Origin: Oculina patagonica
Lineage: Eukaryota
Direction of reading: 5' to 3'
Length of the DNA stretch: 64,000 nucleotides
Assembly: GCF_052425735.1 (NCBI RefSeq)
Contig: NC_135761.1
Coordinates: 59,768,001 to 59,832,000, forward strand
Positions within the stretch are counted from its first letter, which is position 1. Each line of letters starts with the position of its first letter. The notes under the pieces were generated by a model. It was not told where the DNA came from and did no database searches. It was given only the letters and a program-made list of their open reading frames with translations. The position numbers were made by a program, and so were the translations under genes. Shown here piece after piece: positions 13,317 to 25,447 of this stretch.

Positions 13317-16300
13317 GTTTGAGAAGTATATATAGTGTTACAGTGCACCGTGCAGTAGACTTTATTTACGATAGCTAGCGAAAGCTCGCGCGCGCGATTT
13401 CTCGCTCTCCCTGACTGACTAGAACGCCAAGCTACGCTGGCTATATTTACGATTATATAGCTTCCTTGACGCTTCTTTTATTATTATGTTTACAAATCGA
13501 CCACGAAAACTTTACTGTTTTTTAATAAAAACTCCTTCTAATTTGTACTGTATTTTGTAGATTCATAAAGTGTTGTTTGTTTTATACCAATTTTTGTAAC
13601 ATTTTCCGTTATAATTTTCAGACTGTTGACGAAAAATTTATTGAAGAAGAGAAGAAGTTCCGTGCAGTAGAGAAAACTGTGAAAACGCTCTGGAAGAACA
13701 TCTCCACTTATTTGGAAGAATTTCAGGTAACAGTGTAGCAGCATAAATAAAAAAATCAATGACGAGAGCGCTAATGTCTCCCACCAAAGTGGCCCGGGTT
13801 CGATTCCCCGTCCCGGCGTCATATGTGGGTTGAGTTTGTTGTTGGACCTCGTCCTTGCTCCGAGGGTTTTTCTCCTGGCTTCTCCGGTTTTCCTCCCTCC
13901 AGTGTAAACCAACACTTCTAAATTCCAGTCCGACATGGATAGAGGATCCGCATGAAAATCAGCTAGAGCTGATGTGGCTTACTCTCTAAATGTAGCAATT
14001 TACTTTTTTATTTTTATTTCATTTTTATTTATTGGCTTGTAAGATCGCATTTTTACCTCATGTTTTATGTGCTCTACATGTATATCGTCGTCGTCGTCGT
14101 CGTCATCATCATCATCATCACCAGCATTATCTCATCATTTTTCTATATTTGTAAAATCACTCATGATGAAGGTTTAAAACATATCTTTGTAATGAACACT
14201 AATCGAGTTAACTATGGTATGATTCTCACTCGAGTGTTCTGTCATTGTACAGGAGACAATGGAATGTCACAAGTCATCAGGGCAGAATGTCAGTGATTTC
14301 TATCAAGAAGCTGCCACGTGTTCAGAGGTGTCCACTTATCAGAGAATACAGAAGAGGATTGGAGAAACTATCCTTTGTAGATTTGTAAGTGTTAATAATG
14401 GTCAATCCAGGCCAAGGGATAAAGGTGCCCATGATGTCAGAGAAGGTTTAAACTGCACATGTGTATTCCAAGCTTAAAACTTGCTACTATCTGGGACAAA
14501 ACTGTTGAAACACTTCGCAAATTTCCACAATTTTAGTCAACAGAGTTCAGGCTTTGCAACCGCCTCCCCCCATTTCAATGTTGTTTATGCTGTAGTGTTT
14601 TCAAAACAACGCCTGTAAAACTGCAAACCTAAGAAACAACATTTAGTAGAGGGGGGGGGGGGGGTTAAAATATTTTTACCCGCTTTTTTGAAAAGGGCGT
14701 GGAATGCGTTTGTTTCAACTAGTTTTGTCCAAGATTGTAGAAATTTCCAAGAATTTGTTTTTTTATGTGCCTTCCAAACAAGCTTCTTTGCCCCACGCTT
14801 ACGATTTTTTCTCATGTTACCACAGGCAGACCACCCTATGTGTTCGTGGTATTTTGTTTCGACATGAGACGAACAAAAGAAATTTTGAAATCTATAGGGA
14901 CTGTAAGCCGGAATGACATATCTAAACTACATTTCGCTAAATTCTTAATAAAGTTTAATGAAATGTTAAAACGGCCCGCGAGGTGAAAAATACAACAATT
15001 GAGTCGATAAACGTTTCATTTTTATTGAGATTTAGAGCGAAATGTAGTTTAGATATGTATTTCCATAGCTTTATTTCATTAACCCTATAGATTTCATTTT
15101 TTTTTTGTTCGCGACGTCTCATGTCAACAACAATAATTAACCACGAACACATAGGGTGGTCTGCCTGTGATGTTACCTTGGAACAACATGACGTCATGGA
15201 AGCAGTTTGTACGGTGTGCTGTCCTCTCGGTCGAGATAAATTACTTCAACAAGAAATATATTCACAGAGACTGATTTTCTTTCATTCCTTTTCCATTCTA
15301 TTTCATTTTTTCCATTTTCTTTTATTTCAAACAGGCCGGGATTTTAGAAGTTCTTTAGTTTATTCATTTCAAACTGACACGAATGAACCATTTTTTTTTT
15401 TTTAAAAAAAAAACTTTTATTAAGAATGTCATCAACCACCTAGCTAAGGGAAAAAATTCCCCTACTAATACGGGGACATAACGAAAAAGAGTTAAACTAA
15501 AAGGAAATGCTAAAAAAAAACTATAGCTATTTACAATAATACTATCGTGTTATGATTTATTTCATCAGATGGACAGTGTTCAGGTACAAGTTTTGTCTCC
15601 GCTCAATTCGTTACTCAACTTATTTCAAGGCCCGCAGCGTTTGATCCAGAAACGAAACGACAAGTGCTTGGACTACGATCGCTGGTCAAACAAGATTGAC
15701 AAGATAAAAGACAGGGACAAGTTAAAGGCGGTAAGTTTGTGCGACAGGGTGACGAGGGGTGGTTCTCTATTGAACGATGTTATTGGTGTCCTGTAACAAA
15801 CATCATCCTACTCTGATGAAGGTGGACAGAAACCACCGAAAAGTTAGGACTTTAAAGTTCAGATCGGATGAATCTTTCTAATTATAATCAGTCAACCGAT
15901 CGCCGCAGTCAAAGTGTTTAACTAAAGGCTGGTTTTAAATTGCGACGGAGTTAAAGTTGTAATCAGAAGCGCAGAGCGTAACAATCTATTGAGTGATCTG
16001 TTGATCCTTAACCGATGGAGTCGTAAGCAGAGTTTCGGATTCCGCTTATGACTCCGTCGCTTATGTAACTGTAACTTAAAGTTGTAGTAAAAAGCCGTTA
16101 AAATTGACAGAAATTTCATGTAAAGCCGTGGTGTATTTTTTTATCCTTAACTTCAGTTGCAAACTTAATGGGTTATATTGAAAGGATTTTTAATTGTTCT
16201 TGGGTTGTTATAATAGTTGCCAAAATGCTTTTCAGGCAAAAGAAGAACTCGAACTTGCCAAGAAGAACTACGAAGCTCTAAACACACAGCTGCTTGAAGA

Positions 16301-19300
16301 GATTCCTGGGTTCACTGAGATGTGCATGGCTCTGACGGTGGACTGTCTAGAGAACTTTGCCTTAGCACAGAACAGACTATACTGTGAAATACAGCAAGAT
16401 TATGACGAGCTGTTACAGGTATAGTTTGACTGGCATCCAAAATATTAGGGGCCTTCAGATTGGAGTACGAGATCGAGTATGAGTACGACTTTCGAATTTC
16501 AATCCAGTTACGTTTCCAGAGCCCTCACTCCTCCCTGTTGCTGACCTGTATAAAAAAAAAAGAATATCGGTACGAGATCGATGTGAAACTCTTTCCTTCG
16601 CAGAGGCCTCTTATTTTTTCATATGGGCTGGGAAATGGGGAGAGGTGAAAAGTAAGCGCGCGGAGCCTGGGGAGAATTGCAACGAAAGCGTGCGGGGGAC
16701 ACTGGGAAGGGAAAAGGCCCTTCCTGTCGTTCCCCTTATTCCCCTATTTTTTTTTTTTTCGTGTTTTTTTTGTTCGCCTTTCCCCCTGAAGGAGCCTCTG
16801 CTGAGGAGAGAGGACATGAAATGATTATCAACCAGGGCCAGGTTGTTCTAAAGCAGATTAGCACTAATTAACCCAGGATTAACTGTCGATTGGGGGGTTC
16901 CATTTCTTTTGTAGGAAAGTGTTTTTAATGCTAATGTTTTGTTAAGCTTGAGATTAGAGGACTTCAAAACTTGAGAACAGAAAATATAAACAGAAAACCT
17001 CATTGAAAAGTTAAAAAATGTAATCAAAATTCACGCTTATCCTGGATTAGTTTAATTATGCTATGAACAACCCACGTTGGGTTTGAAAAGTCATGTTATA
17101 TTTGACCAGCCGGAAACGGGGTATAACCGAGTAAAATGTATTTGGTCGGACATCTTGACCGGTGATCATGCGACCGTTATTTCCAGCCCTGCGATCTGAA
17201 GGTCCTTATTGTCTACTTGTCTTCTCGGAGGGGTGACTATAAAAGGCGCGTATACGCTGGCGATTTATGTGCAATCTTTGTCGACAACAACAACATAAGT
17301 TTATTTGAACTGTAAAATTACAAAAAGAAATTTTTAAAAAAAATTTAAAATTTTTTTTTCCCCCAACCACAAAAAAAGCCATTTTATATAAGAGGGTTTG
17401 TCGCACATTTCAATGCAGTTTTTGTCGCGCTCAAGTTGCTATTCTAAATCGCGAATGTAAACTCACTAGCATTACTGGCTTAGCAAATTCCTCCTTAGAT
17501 AGCTTAGCCAGCCAGATCGACCGTAACACATCCTGTGTAAGTTTTCGTTTTGCTTATCACGCAACACCAAGAAATAATGCCTGATACATCAGTGAAAATT
17601 TTTTTTTCTTTCAGTTGCCAGTCGTGCAGGCAGATGACGAGGACATTGTTGAGCATCACAGCAAGAGATCAGTACAAGTTATGGAACAGTTTTCAGATCT
17701 GAGCTTTATTCCGTGTAGTTTTGTAGCTAAAGACAGTTCACGCAAGAAACGGCGATCATTAAAAATTCCAAGCACGCCTTCCCACGACCCAGTAAGTACT
17801 TCATATAAGACCTATAACATATCTACTGTTTTACTGCAAAACACACATTTATGCCTCTTTCTAAGATAATTTCAAGTTACATGTGTCTAGTTTGATATCT
17901 TATCTTGATGAACAAGCTCTGTCTATCTCGCAGCAGAGTCCCAGTCGATTTTTGTTTAGTAAGACTGAACACAAACGAGCGAGAGAAATGGTGATGTCAA
18001 CAATCACTCGAACACCACCGACTACTAAACAAAAATCGACTGGGACTCTGCTGAAGCTAACCTACAGTACTAACTATTTTCAACGCCTGACTCTGGAAAG
18101 CTGGTACACAAACTTAGAACAGACGCCTATCAACAGATGTCAACAACTACCGGCACCTTACAAACGACTATTCACGACTTAAACAGAAGCGACAAACGAA
18201 CCGCCAAAGACGATTAATTTGACTAACAATAGACGGAACAGAACGACTCAATTAGACTAACAATAGACGGATCGAAACTGACCAATTACTGATGACAAAC
18301 TTTACACGAGTCTTACAGCCAATAACATCACGGCTTAACTGACCAATCAGCTTCAACGGACCAGACTTATAACATCATCGACTGACAACAACTTTTCACT
18401 TGACTCTGAAGATGACTTCCGCTCAGGTTGTCGAAACGTCAGTCACCAACAACAGTTCTTCTCAGAACTACTCTCACCCGGACGATCACACTATACGAAC
18501 TACTGATACTCCTGGGTTCAAACCATTTACTTTACTACGTAAATTGTAACAGCACATGCGCGTGTCTTATCATTTTATTAACTTCTCTCTATACAGGACG
18601 CAGTAGAAGATGATAGCGAGACCAAGAACGGCTTGTTAAATACCAAAGAAGGCGAGCTGGGTAGGGAGGGTGGGGGAGCAAAGAAAGGTCCACCACTCCC
18701 TTCCCCCGCGATTCTTCAACCACGGCCAGCGCCGCGGAGACTAAGTAGCAGAACAAGCCTGGTGAGTAAAGTTTACTTTCTTACATTCTGTATAATTCAA
18801 CTTGCATGGATAATTTAGCTTTTAATAAAGGTCTTTTCTTATAGATTGAGATTTTGATTCTCATACCTTCCTTTCTTGTATTTGATGCGATAAAGTAAAT
18901 TTTAACTGAAGTGACTCCTGTTTGGGGAAAATAACTTTCTGCGACAAATATTACTGATAGACCTGTTTTTAACTGAGTACCGCAAAACCAAAACCAAAGT
19001 AATCACTCTGGCCAATCACGAAGGGCGCGAACAATGCAGTGAACCAATCAAAACTCGAAGCAAATACATGTAGCCAGTGGGAAGCGCGGGAAAACGTGTG
19101 AGTGAGTCACAATTGGTTTTGGTTTTACTTCTGATTGGATGAGAAAGTGGCACTAGATTTTTTAACCAATCACTAAGCTAGGCTCGATTTGCGCCGCCTT
19201 CTCGAGTCCGGACTTTGTTCCTCCCCGAGAGAGACTTTTGGGAGGGAGGAGCGCGGGCTCATTTTCCTGAAGAGCGGCTGGAAATCGAGCCTATCACTAA

Positions 19301-20245
19301 GCAAGAAATGCAAAACAAAGGCAAATGCGAGTTGCTTTTGACACTCAAATGAATGCTGCTCTACTGTCAGTGTGCAACACCAAAACGAGCATGCTCGCAG
19401 CCTGAATAAATAGACGTTTCTATTTATGCGCTCAAATTTTCGTGCGCTCGAGTGGGGCGTCGAAATTCGACCCGAAAAGTTCTAATAACAGCAAGATCGC
19501 AAGAAAACTTTTTGAAGTGACAGAGGCGATGGAAACGATCGGTACGATTAGCTGAGAACCAGCCTCAAGGCTACCTTGCTCGTGTCAAATAGCTGTTTTC
19601 TAGATTCAACTGATGCAGTTTCAAGATAGCTACCTGATCTGTTGTTGTTGTTGTTTTCTTTTGACGAGTATAAGCATTTTTCTATTTTTCTAGGAGCTAA
19701 AGGATGTTGACAGCTCACAGCCAGTGGAAGTAACCCCAGGGGAAAGCAAACGCTACGTTGTCGAGTTCAACTTCGAAGCTCAAAATGCGGGGGAGTTGTC
19801 TGTATCCGAGGGGGATCTTGTCTCTGTCCTGCGTCACTCAGATAGCAGTGGTAACCCGGAATGGTGGCTGGTTCACTATAACGGAGCTTCGGGGTATATC
19901 CCGGAGAGTTATCTATCCCCGGTGGGTGACAGTGACAGTGACAATGATGGCGAAAATGATGATGGTGACGACAATACTGCACAGGACACAGATAGAACTG
20001 ATACAAACGGTGTTGAAGATGATGGTACTACATCCATGCAAGCTGAAACTGCTGTTAAGTTATACTACTGTGCAGAATTTGCGTTCGAGGCGAGCAGTGC
20101 AGCGGAGTTGAGTCTTGATGAAGGACAGTTAGTAATTGTGTTACAGAGACAGGATTTGACCGGGAATGACGAATGGTGGCTAGTGGAAGTGAACGGACAA
20201 AAAGGATATGTTCCTTCAAGTTATTTGACAGCAGTGGAGGATTAA
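2252..20245 (+). CDS. DNMBP: Dynamin-binding protein (Tuba / ARHGEF36), Cdc42-type GEF scaffold; 21 coding exons, ~1606 aa
   Basis: Exons joined by GT-AG with consistent phase: 2252-4267, 4586-4703, 4866-4945, 5613-5654, 6081-6183, 6574-6653, 7101-7239, 7499-7662, 9393-9516, 9937-10028, 10795-10850, 11574-11667, 12253-12358, 12648-12778, 13622-13726, 14253-14384, 15569-15730, 16236-16418, 17615-17791, 18597-18761, 19694-20245 (4821 nt). Four N-terminal SH3 domains (MEGSFARALY.., WLEG..GLFP). DH motifs RVLTELINTEKDY, LFGNIE, YCRNHD, SFLIKPVQRVLKYPLLL. BAR region (LIQKRNDKCLDY, YEALNTQLLEEIP). Two C-terminal SH3 (PEWWLV..GYIP, DEWWLV..GYVPSSYL). An acceptor at 2233-2234 implies an upstream non-coding exon. 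Confidence 0.93.
6290..6485 (+). mobile_element. Partial tRNA-derived CORE-type SINE
   Basis: gtgtccttgggcaag..ctttactctcacagtgcctct..ccaggtgtataaatgggtacc, the same family as 41849-42153. Confidence 0.7.
7800..8135 (-). mobile_element. SINE fragment (Deu/Nin-domain-like)
   Basis: Motifs cctactcttt..tgtgtgggttttttaac.tccc and ggcctac..gttta..tccttatccgagaaga resemble Nin/Deu SINE central domains as I recall them; (gaat)n tail-like run at the end. Confidence 0.5.
8343..9025 (+). mobile_element. Penelope-like element, 5'-truncated, with an inverted terminal pLTR copy
   Basis: GIY-YIG C-terminal remnant (RICEHLSRDRNSHIYQHL..CFSIVDSA..LKEAVHIR*ENPTLSKQLKHADLTL) at ~8470-8694. 8355-8449 is an inverted copy of 8949-9030. 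A 13-bp flanking direct repeat ATAAAATTTAATG sits at 8330-8342 and 9026-9038. Confidence 0.85.
8402..8441 (-). ncRNA. Type I minimal hammerhead ribozyme (Penelope pLTR)
   Basis: Minus strand reads caa-CTGAAGA-tgatc..gatc-GAAAC-atGTC-ttg. The plus-strand twin at 8955-8994 has a mutated core (CTGAAAA). Confidence 0.7.
10375..10656 (-). mobile_element. tRNA-derived CORE-type SINE
   Basis: Reverse complement of the 41849-42153 family (gggaggcgtagtggcc head, ggttcgatccc B box). Confidence 0.8.
11140..11415. mobile_element. MITE family (gagcagttttcaattgagtgtcg...), also at ~18960-19362 and ~23570-23840
   Basis: Three dispersed copies share aaaccaaagtaatcactctggccaatcac..aaccaatcaaaactcgaagcaaatacatgt and imperfect inverted ends. 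Confidence 0.75.
11960..12190 (+). mobile_element. tRNA-like Pol III repeat (single arm of the family forming the 50874-51207 palindrome)
   Basis: A box TAGCTCAGTGG and B box GGTTCGACTCC, followed by a T-run. The anticodon arm is non-canonical. Confidence 0.65.
13372..13443. mobile_element. Tiny TAGC..GCTA MITE with 9-bp TSD (Mutator-type)
   Basis: TSD TATTTACGA on both sides. Confidence 0.65.
13764..14005 (+). mobile_element. tRNA-derived V-domain-like SINE
   Basis: B box gggttcgattccc, then tgtgggttgagtttg..gggtttttctcc.gg..ctccggttttcctccc, followed by an (attt)-rich tail. Confidence 0.7.
14821..15169. mobile_element. MITE with CACAG termini and 7-bp TSD (P-element-like)
   Basis: TIR cacaggcagaccaccctatgtgttcgtggt; TSD ATGTTAC on both sides; further internal palindromy. 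Confidence 0.8.
17960..18532 (+). mobile_element. Penelope-like element 3' fragment
   Basis: GIY-YIG C-terminus TYSTNYFQRLTLESWYTNLEQTPINRCQQLPAPYKRL followed by a pLTR carrying a hammerhead. A degraded copy of the pLTR lies near 5900-5945. Confidence 0.82.
18401..18445 (+). ncRNA. Type I minimal hammerhead ribozyme
   Basis: Stem I tgact/agtca, core CTGAAGA, stem II gac..gtc, GAAAC-GTC cleavage triplet with palindromic ACGT (dimer-type stem III). Confidence 0.75.
19179..19293. mobile_element. Mutator-type MITE nested in another MITE
   Basis: TIR taggctcgattt/aaatcgagccta; 9-bp TSD TCACTAAGC. Confidence 0.8.
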
Positions 20246-22321
20246 AATCCCTAATAGTCTGCTCTTAATTACGATATAGTTAAACTCAAACAAATTATAA
20301 GAAAAAATGGCTCGAAGTTAATGGCTTAGCTGTAACTGTGAATAATTATCAAAATTCTCCTTGCTAAATTACATACATTTTTCTACTTCCGCTTGGAGAA
20401 TTTTGCGTAACGGTTTATCCAGACTTTTTTCTGAAATAATCAGTTTCTTATTTGTCAATTGCTCGTAAATTTTCATAATTTTCCCGGTTACAACCAAATC
20501 ACAAAGAGATCTGGGTACGAGATTGGTACCTGGCAGCAAGCGCGCGGGAAAAGTCGCATAAGCCAAGTTTGATTGGCTTACTTGTCTGCTTTTGAAGCCA
20601 TCTGTATCGATCGTCACAACACGTTTACGCTGATGATTGACATTTGACATGTTTTAATTGGTTTCCCTATCCATTGAAATTTGCTATTTTGCTTAGTTAC
20701 CAAAGAGTTGAAAAATAACGAAAAAATGTCAAACCGTTTTGACAAAGTTGATCAAACACCAGTGATCAAACACGTTAACGACAGCCAACAATGCAGTCAT
20801 TAATGTCGCTAAAAAATAAGCCGGGAATTCTATTAGCATCATTACGGTGTATGTCACTGTAAAAAAGAGGAGCTATTATTTTTCAAATGGAAATGTGCCG
20901 AGCAAGTCGCAAACCTGTTAGTCTACTAATAAAAACTCGCATTAAAGTATCGGTTTTTTTTTCTCGCTTTTAAGTTATGTGTAGATAGCCAATCTTTCTC
21001 GTCAATTTTTTATCTGTATTATAAAAACATTTTTGTTACATATCAAAAAAACAAATTTTAGGAAAATATGAAATGTTGTGCATGGAATGAATGGTGAATT
21101 TTAAAAGAATTAAGAGTGATATTTAGTATTATACGTAATATAATTTTGAATAGTTTATTTGCCCATAATATTGAAGGTGCTTAAATTTCGAGTTATAAGT
21201 TGGATAACTAAATATTACTTGCACATAAAATTGTTGTGTAATTCCGTCTGTCCAGATTTTCTAATAAAAACTTGTGCACGATTATAGAAGTCTGGTGATT
21301 TTTGTTCCGAGATCTTTTTATACGATTCTTAATACGGTTATCTTATCAGAGATTGTCGTTACTTAACCTCTGATTGTCGTTACTTAAAAATCAGACCTTT
21401 TTTACGTTCGCATTTAGCAGTCTTTTGTAACTGTTACGTTTGGGGAGTTGCTGCATTGGCCTGTGGGGGGTGGGGGTTCTTCCCGTTAACTAAAGCGTGT
21501 ACTGTATATTTTGTTGGAATAAATATTGATGGAAATCAGCCTTTGTCCTATGCAAAGAGAAGAGAAAAATTAATATGATTCAGAAGACAGAAATGCATTG
21601 TCCTTGAAATAAGTCATCAAAATAAAGATATAGACATTTTTTAAGCCTTCACTTAACGCACGGAACGCGGTGTTTTGCGTTTGGGCGGCGCTCCCTCAGG
21701 GGCAGGGGTCTACTCCCAATAGTGCTCCACCCGAAAGGGATACCTTTAAATGCTGAACGTCCACGAAAGGGTAGGGATTTCACTTCTTGCTTCACTAAAA
21801 GTGACATTTAATGGGTACTCAGGTAAGATGTTCTGTGAAGGGGTTGAAATTCTACTAGAAGTATGTGAAAGGGGTACCAATTCATTGGAAGGAATATATA
21901 ACAGCTATGGGCCTCAGAGCTGCCATCTATTTGATCGAATCTTTACTGTACACGATCAGTATTACGGAATTTTGGTGGTCTCTTTGACCAGAGGTAAAAC
22001 CTTAGTGGAAAAGGGATGTTTGTCACTATATCGTTATGTTAAAGTCAAGCTGCATATTACAAATGTGAATGAGAGAGAAACTGAATGCTCTTTCCATAGT
22101 ATTTTATTGCTGCAGTTTATTAACACCACTAAAAAACAATAGTCAAATGTCATTCAGGTCTGCATACCTAATAAATCGATTACAATGCTAACAATAGCTT
22201 CAGTTCAATTCAATTGTATTACGCAGGTAACAAAACTCAACAGCTTGACTGTTATATTCTATTGAATAGTAATATTAATGCACCCAAAGGGCTTTGTGGT
22301 TGTAGCACATTGTAGCCACAG

Positions 22322-22553
22322 CAGGGTCATAACCAAGTATATTTTTTCATCGCTGATCCCAAATTTTAGCTCTAAATTTTGATTCCTGATCCCCAAAATG
22401 TGGCAACATTTGATCCCCGATTCCATTCTGATCCCATCTGATTAGCCGATCCGGATCCCATGGCATGCCATGACTTGTGACCCAGGATCCCGGGCCCATG
22501 ATCCCGATCCCGAGGCTGTGATCCCTGATCCTATATACCTGGTTACGACCCTG
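22322..22553. mobile_element. hAT-like MITE with internal GATCCC repeats
   Basis: cagggtc.taacca.gtatat / atatacctggttacgaccctg; flanks ccacag / ccatag. Confidence 0.7.
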
Positions 22554-23991
22554 CCATAGGATTTAGCTGTAGCTGTAGATGCATCATTACGCCAGCAATG
22601 CCACCAAATAACATTAGAGGATTCTGTTACATACATACTTGGCTTACAGCTCAGATTAGAAATGTCTCGTAGATAAGTTGATAAACTAATGCATTAAGTT
22701 ACGGTACTGGCTTCTGATTCCAGGGGGTGAGGGTGGGGTCGCGTAGGGAAGAGGGTGAACTTGCATATGAAACAGTCAGGAGTCCTCTTTAGAAATTAAA
22801 TTAACCCCAAAAGGAGCCCAATCTTGGCGGGCCCTAGCTATTTTGGATCCCCAAAAGACCAAATTAAAAAAAAAATAGAATTTACATTTCTTTGCGTGCA
22901 ACCCTAAATGAGAGAAAGAGGGCCAAAAATATTGGTGTTTTGCATGGAGCACCCTTTATAATAGATTTGATTTTAACTGATGTTATTGTTTTAAGCAATA
23001 AAGACAGCAAGCATTCCCATTTCTTTCATATAGAGTCCCATTCCCCTCGGGGGTTCTGATGCCACCATTTTTTCATCAATGTTTATGAGCAGTTAGTTGA
23101 GTAAACACCTTCTATACTCATACTCCAAGTCATCCCATGAAAGATACCACTGAGAATTCACTTAAACATAACATACTGACAACACAGCTCAGCCTCTAAA
23201 CATATCCATGTGGTTTCTGTGATTGCTTGTAATTATCTGGAAAAATTTTTTATCCAATAACCAGTTGGCAGCTAAGATCTTAAGGTAGCTAATTTCAAAT
23301 TGCTTGTAAAAGTAATCACAATACATTTTTTGACAGTACTAGGTTGCACATTGTTTTACATAACCCTACATACATCTGTACTCTGTAAACTATACATGTG
23401 TACACATGTACAACTATGCTTTAAACTAAGAAGAAATACGGTTCTTAACCAATAAGTTACATAATTATATACACAATAGATTTTCAAAATGCACTTATCT
23501 TAATAAGCAATATTGTCACTGATATAAGGTTGCAAGTCTTCTGACCTATCTGTCTTGTGACTAGATAGAGAAATGTAGTGTCATAAAACCAAAACCATAG
23601 TTATCACTCTGGCAAATCATAAAGATCAAAGACAATTCATTGAACCAATCAAAACTCAAAGCAAATACATGTAGCTGAAACCAAGCAGAAGACAAGCAAG
23701 TTACAATAACTGGTTTGTACTTCTGATTGGATAAGAAAGTGCCACACACAAGCTTTTTTAACCAATCACCAAGTGCTTTAATGCAAAACCAAAACAGACA
23801 CAAAAAAAATACTTTTGCCACTGACATGAACATTGCTCTAAGTCAGCTTCAATATTAATAATAATAATTATTAGTACAATTGTGCACTGTACTGTTATAA
23901 AACAAACATTACTTAGGTAATTAAGATAATTTCATATATAGCATTATTAATAATAATTTTCTTCATTTTCAGTTTCTCTGAATCATTGTTG

Positions 23992-25447
23992 CTACAATCC
24001 AATTGAGTTGAGAACTCTGTCTTTGATGAGAGGGTCAAAGCACCCGTAACAGTTTTCAAACAGACACTGCGGCTTATTGTATTCCAGCAGCTTCTGCGGG
24101 CCACGCACCAAAAAGTGCTCTAAACTGTATGCAATACACACAATGCACTGTTCCTGGTAATCATCACATTCCTGACAAACGTAAACACGACCTGAAGACT
24201 TCCCAACAAACACGCCCTGAAGAGAAAAAGCATCCATTTTTACAAAGGGGTATCAAATGGTTTTTGTGAGCATGCCAGCCGTTTTCTTCGCGACGAGCAC
24301 TTTTCAAAAAGCTACCTCCTTTTATTGCTACTTTTCTGATCTGCCGCATGCTCTGATCGCTCTGTAGTCTTGCACAATATTCAACACGACAACTACTAAT
24401 GTATGAACATACCTGCCAACCCCCAGAGTACCAAAATCTGGAGACGTCCAGAAATCTTTGCATTGTATGGATATCATTTAAGACAATGTATGAATACTCT
24501 CTGAAAATCAGACCGGGAGACTTGATGAAAAACTTGGAGTCTCCCAGGAAAATCTGGAGAGTTGGCAGGTATGTATGAAGGTCTATAAGTGTTTTCTTGA
24601 CATGCATTGCGTACCAAAGGGCATGTAATGAATTTTGCTATTTTTTACATAAGAAAATGACATGTACAGTGTAGGGGTACAAATTTATTGAAAGCATTGT
24701 TTTCTGGAATGGTGCACATGTATGACATTAGTGACGTCTTATTTAAATGGAACTGCTGATCATTCACGCGTGCATACGATGCCAGGAATTTTTCCTCATA
24801 TACATCACTATACGTGAATGACATTTAACACATAAAATTTGATAAATGCTTTCAGCACCAAATTAAAAGGTTTGCCGAGTTTTAAATCGCCCTTTTCAAC
24901 ATTTTGAAGTTAAGCAGTTTTTATAGATAAGTTTTAAGTTTAAGCTAATTTCTAATTCATTTCTTGTTGACGTTCGACATTTATAAGCTTACATGAAAGC
25001 TAACATTTTCTTTGACAGACAACGATACGTAAGCCCAATAAATTTAGTTTACAGTGGATCGATCTTTTTTTTAAATAGACATTTGATTTCTCCTCAAATA
25101 AACGGAAGATTATTTGAATCTTATGTAAAATGATGTATTCTCACCTCTACTGGGAAAGACAAGCTTCCTTGCAGAACACCGATCTGGGCGACTTCTTCCT
25201 CGATGTAGTATTTTTTCCACACCTGTAATGTGAAGTCTTCGAATACAGTGGACTCATTACGACCAACTATTACGAGATCTCGATTGAAACCCGTTACAAT
25301 CAGCTTGCGATACTTGTAGTCGTCAAGAAAAGAGTTCAGTTCGCTTGAATTGTTGACATTTAATTGCCTTAGACGTGCGAAGAAGCGTTCCTTGTCCGTA
25401 GGATCAGCAAGCTGAAAGGCGCTGGAAATGTCACTGCACTCCGCCAT
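23992..25447 (-). CDS. US22/SUKH-like domain protein, 2 exons (25447-25145, 24216-23992), 175 aa
   Basis: ATG at 25447; donor GAG|gtgag; polypyrimidine acceptor cttttctcttcag|GGC; phase 0; TAG at 23992. The spliced protein reads ...LNSFLDDYKYRKLIV...TVFEDFTLQVWKKYYIEEEVAQIGVL...VFVGKSSGRVYVC...IVCIAYSLEHFLVRGP, matching the US22 pattern W..yl...m.vlG / v...GrVY / vA.sl..f...G as I recall it. Confidence 0.72.
24408..24573. mobile_element. MITE with 6-bp TSD (hAT6-like) in the US22-like intron
   Basis: TIR catacctgccaac/gttggcaggtatg; TSD TATGAA. Confidence 0.8.

Noticed and set aside
14085-14125. Poly-Val/Ile transmembrane ORF 14060-14296
   Set aside because: A (TCG)n(ATC)n microsatellite in an intron.
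24164-24607. 147-aa minus-strand ORF as an exon of the US22-like gene
   Set aside because: It runs through a MITE and intron sequence in a different frame from the motif-bearing exon.
23992-25447. Endogenous viral insertion
   Set aside because: No other viral genes or termini nearby, and the gene has a canonical spliceosomal intron.
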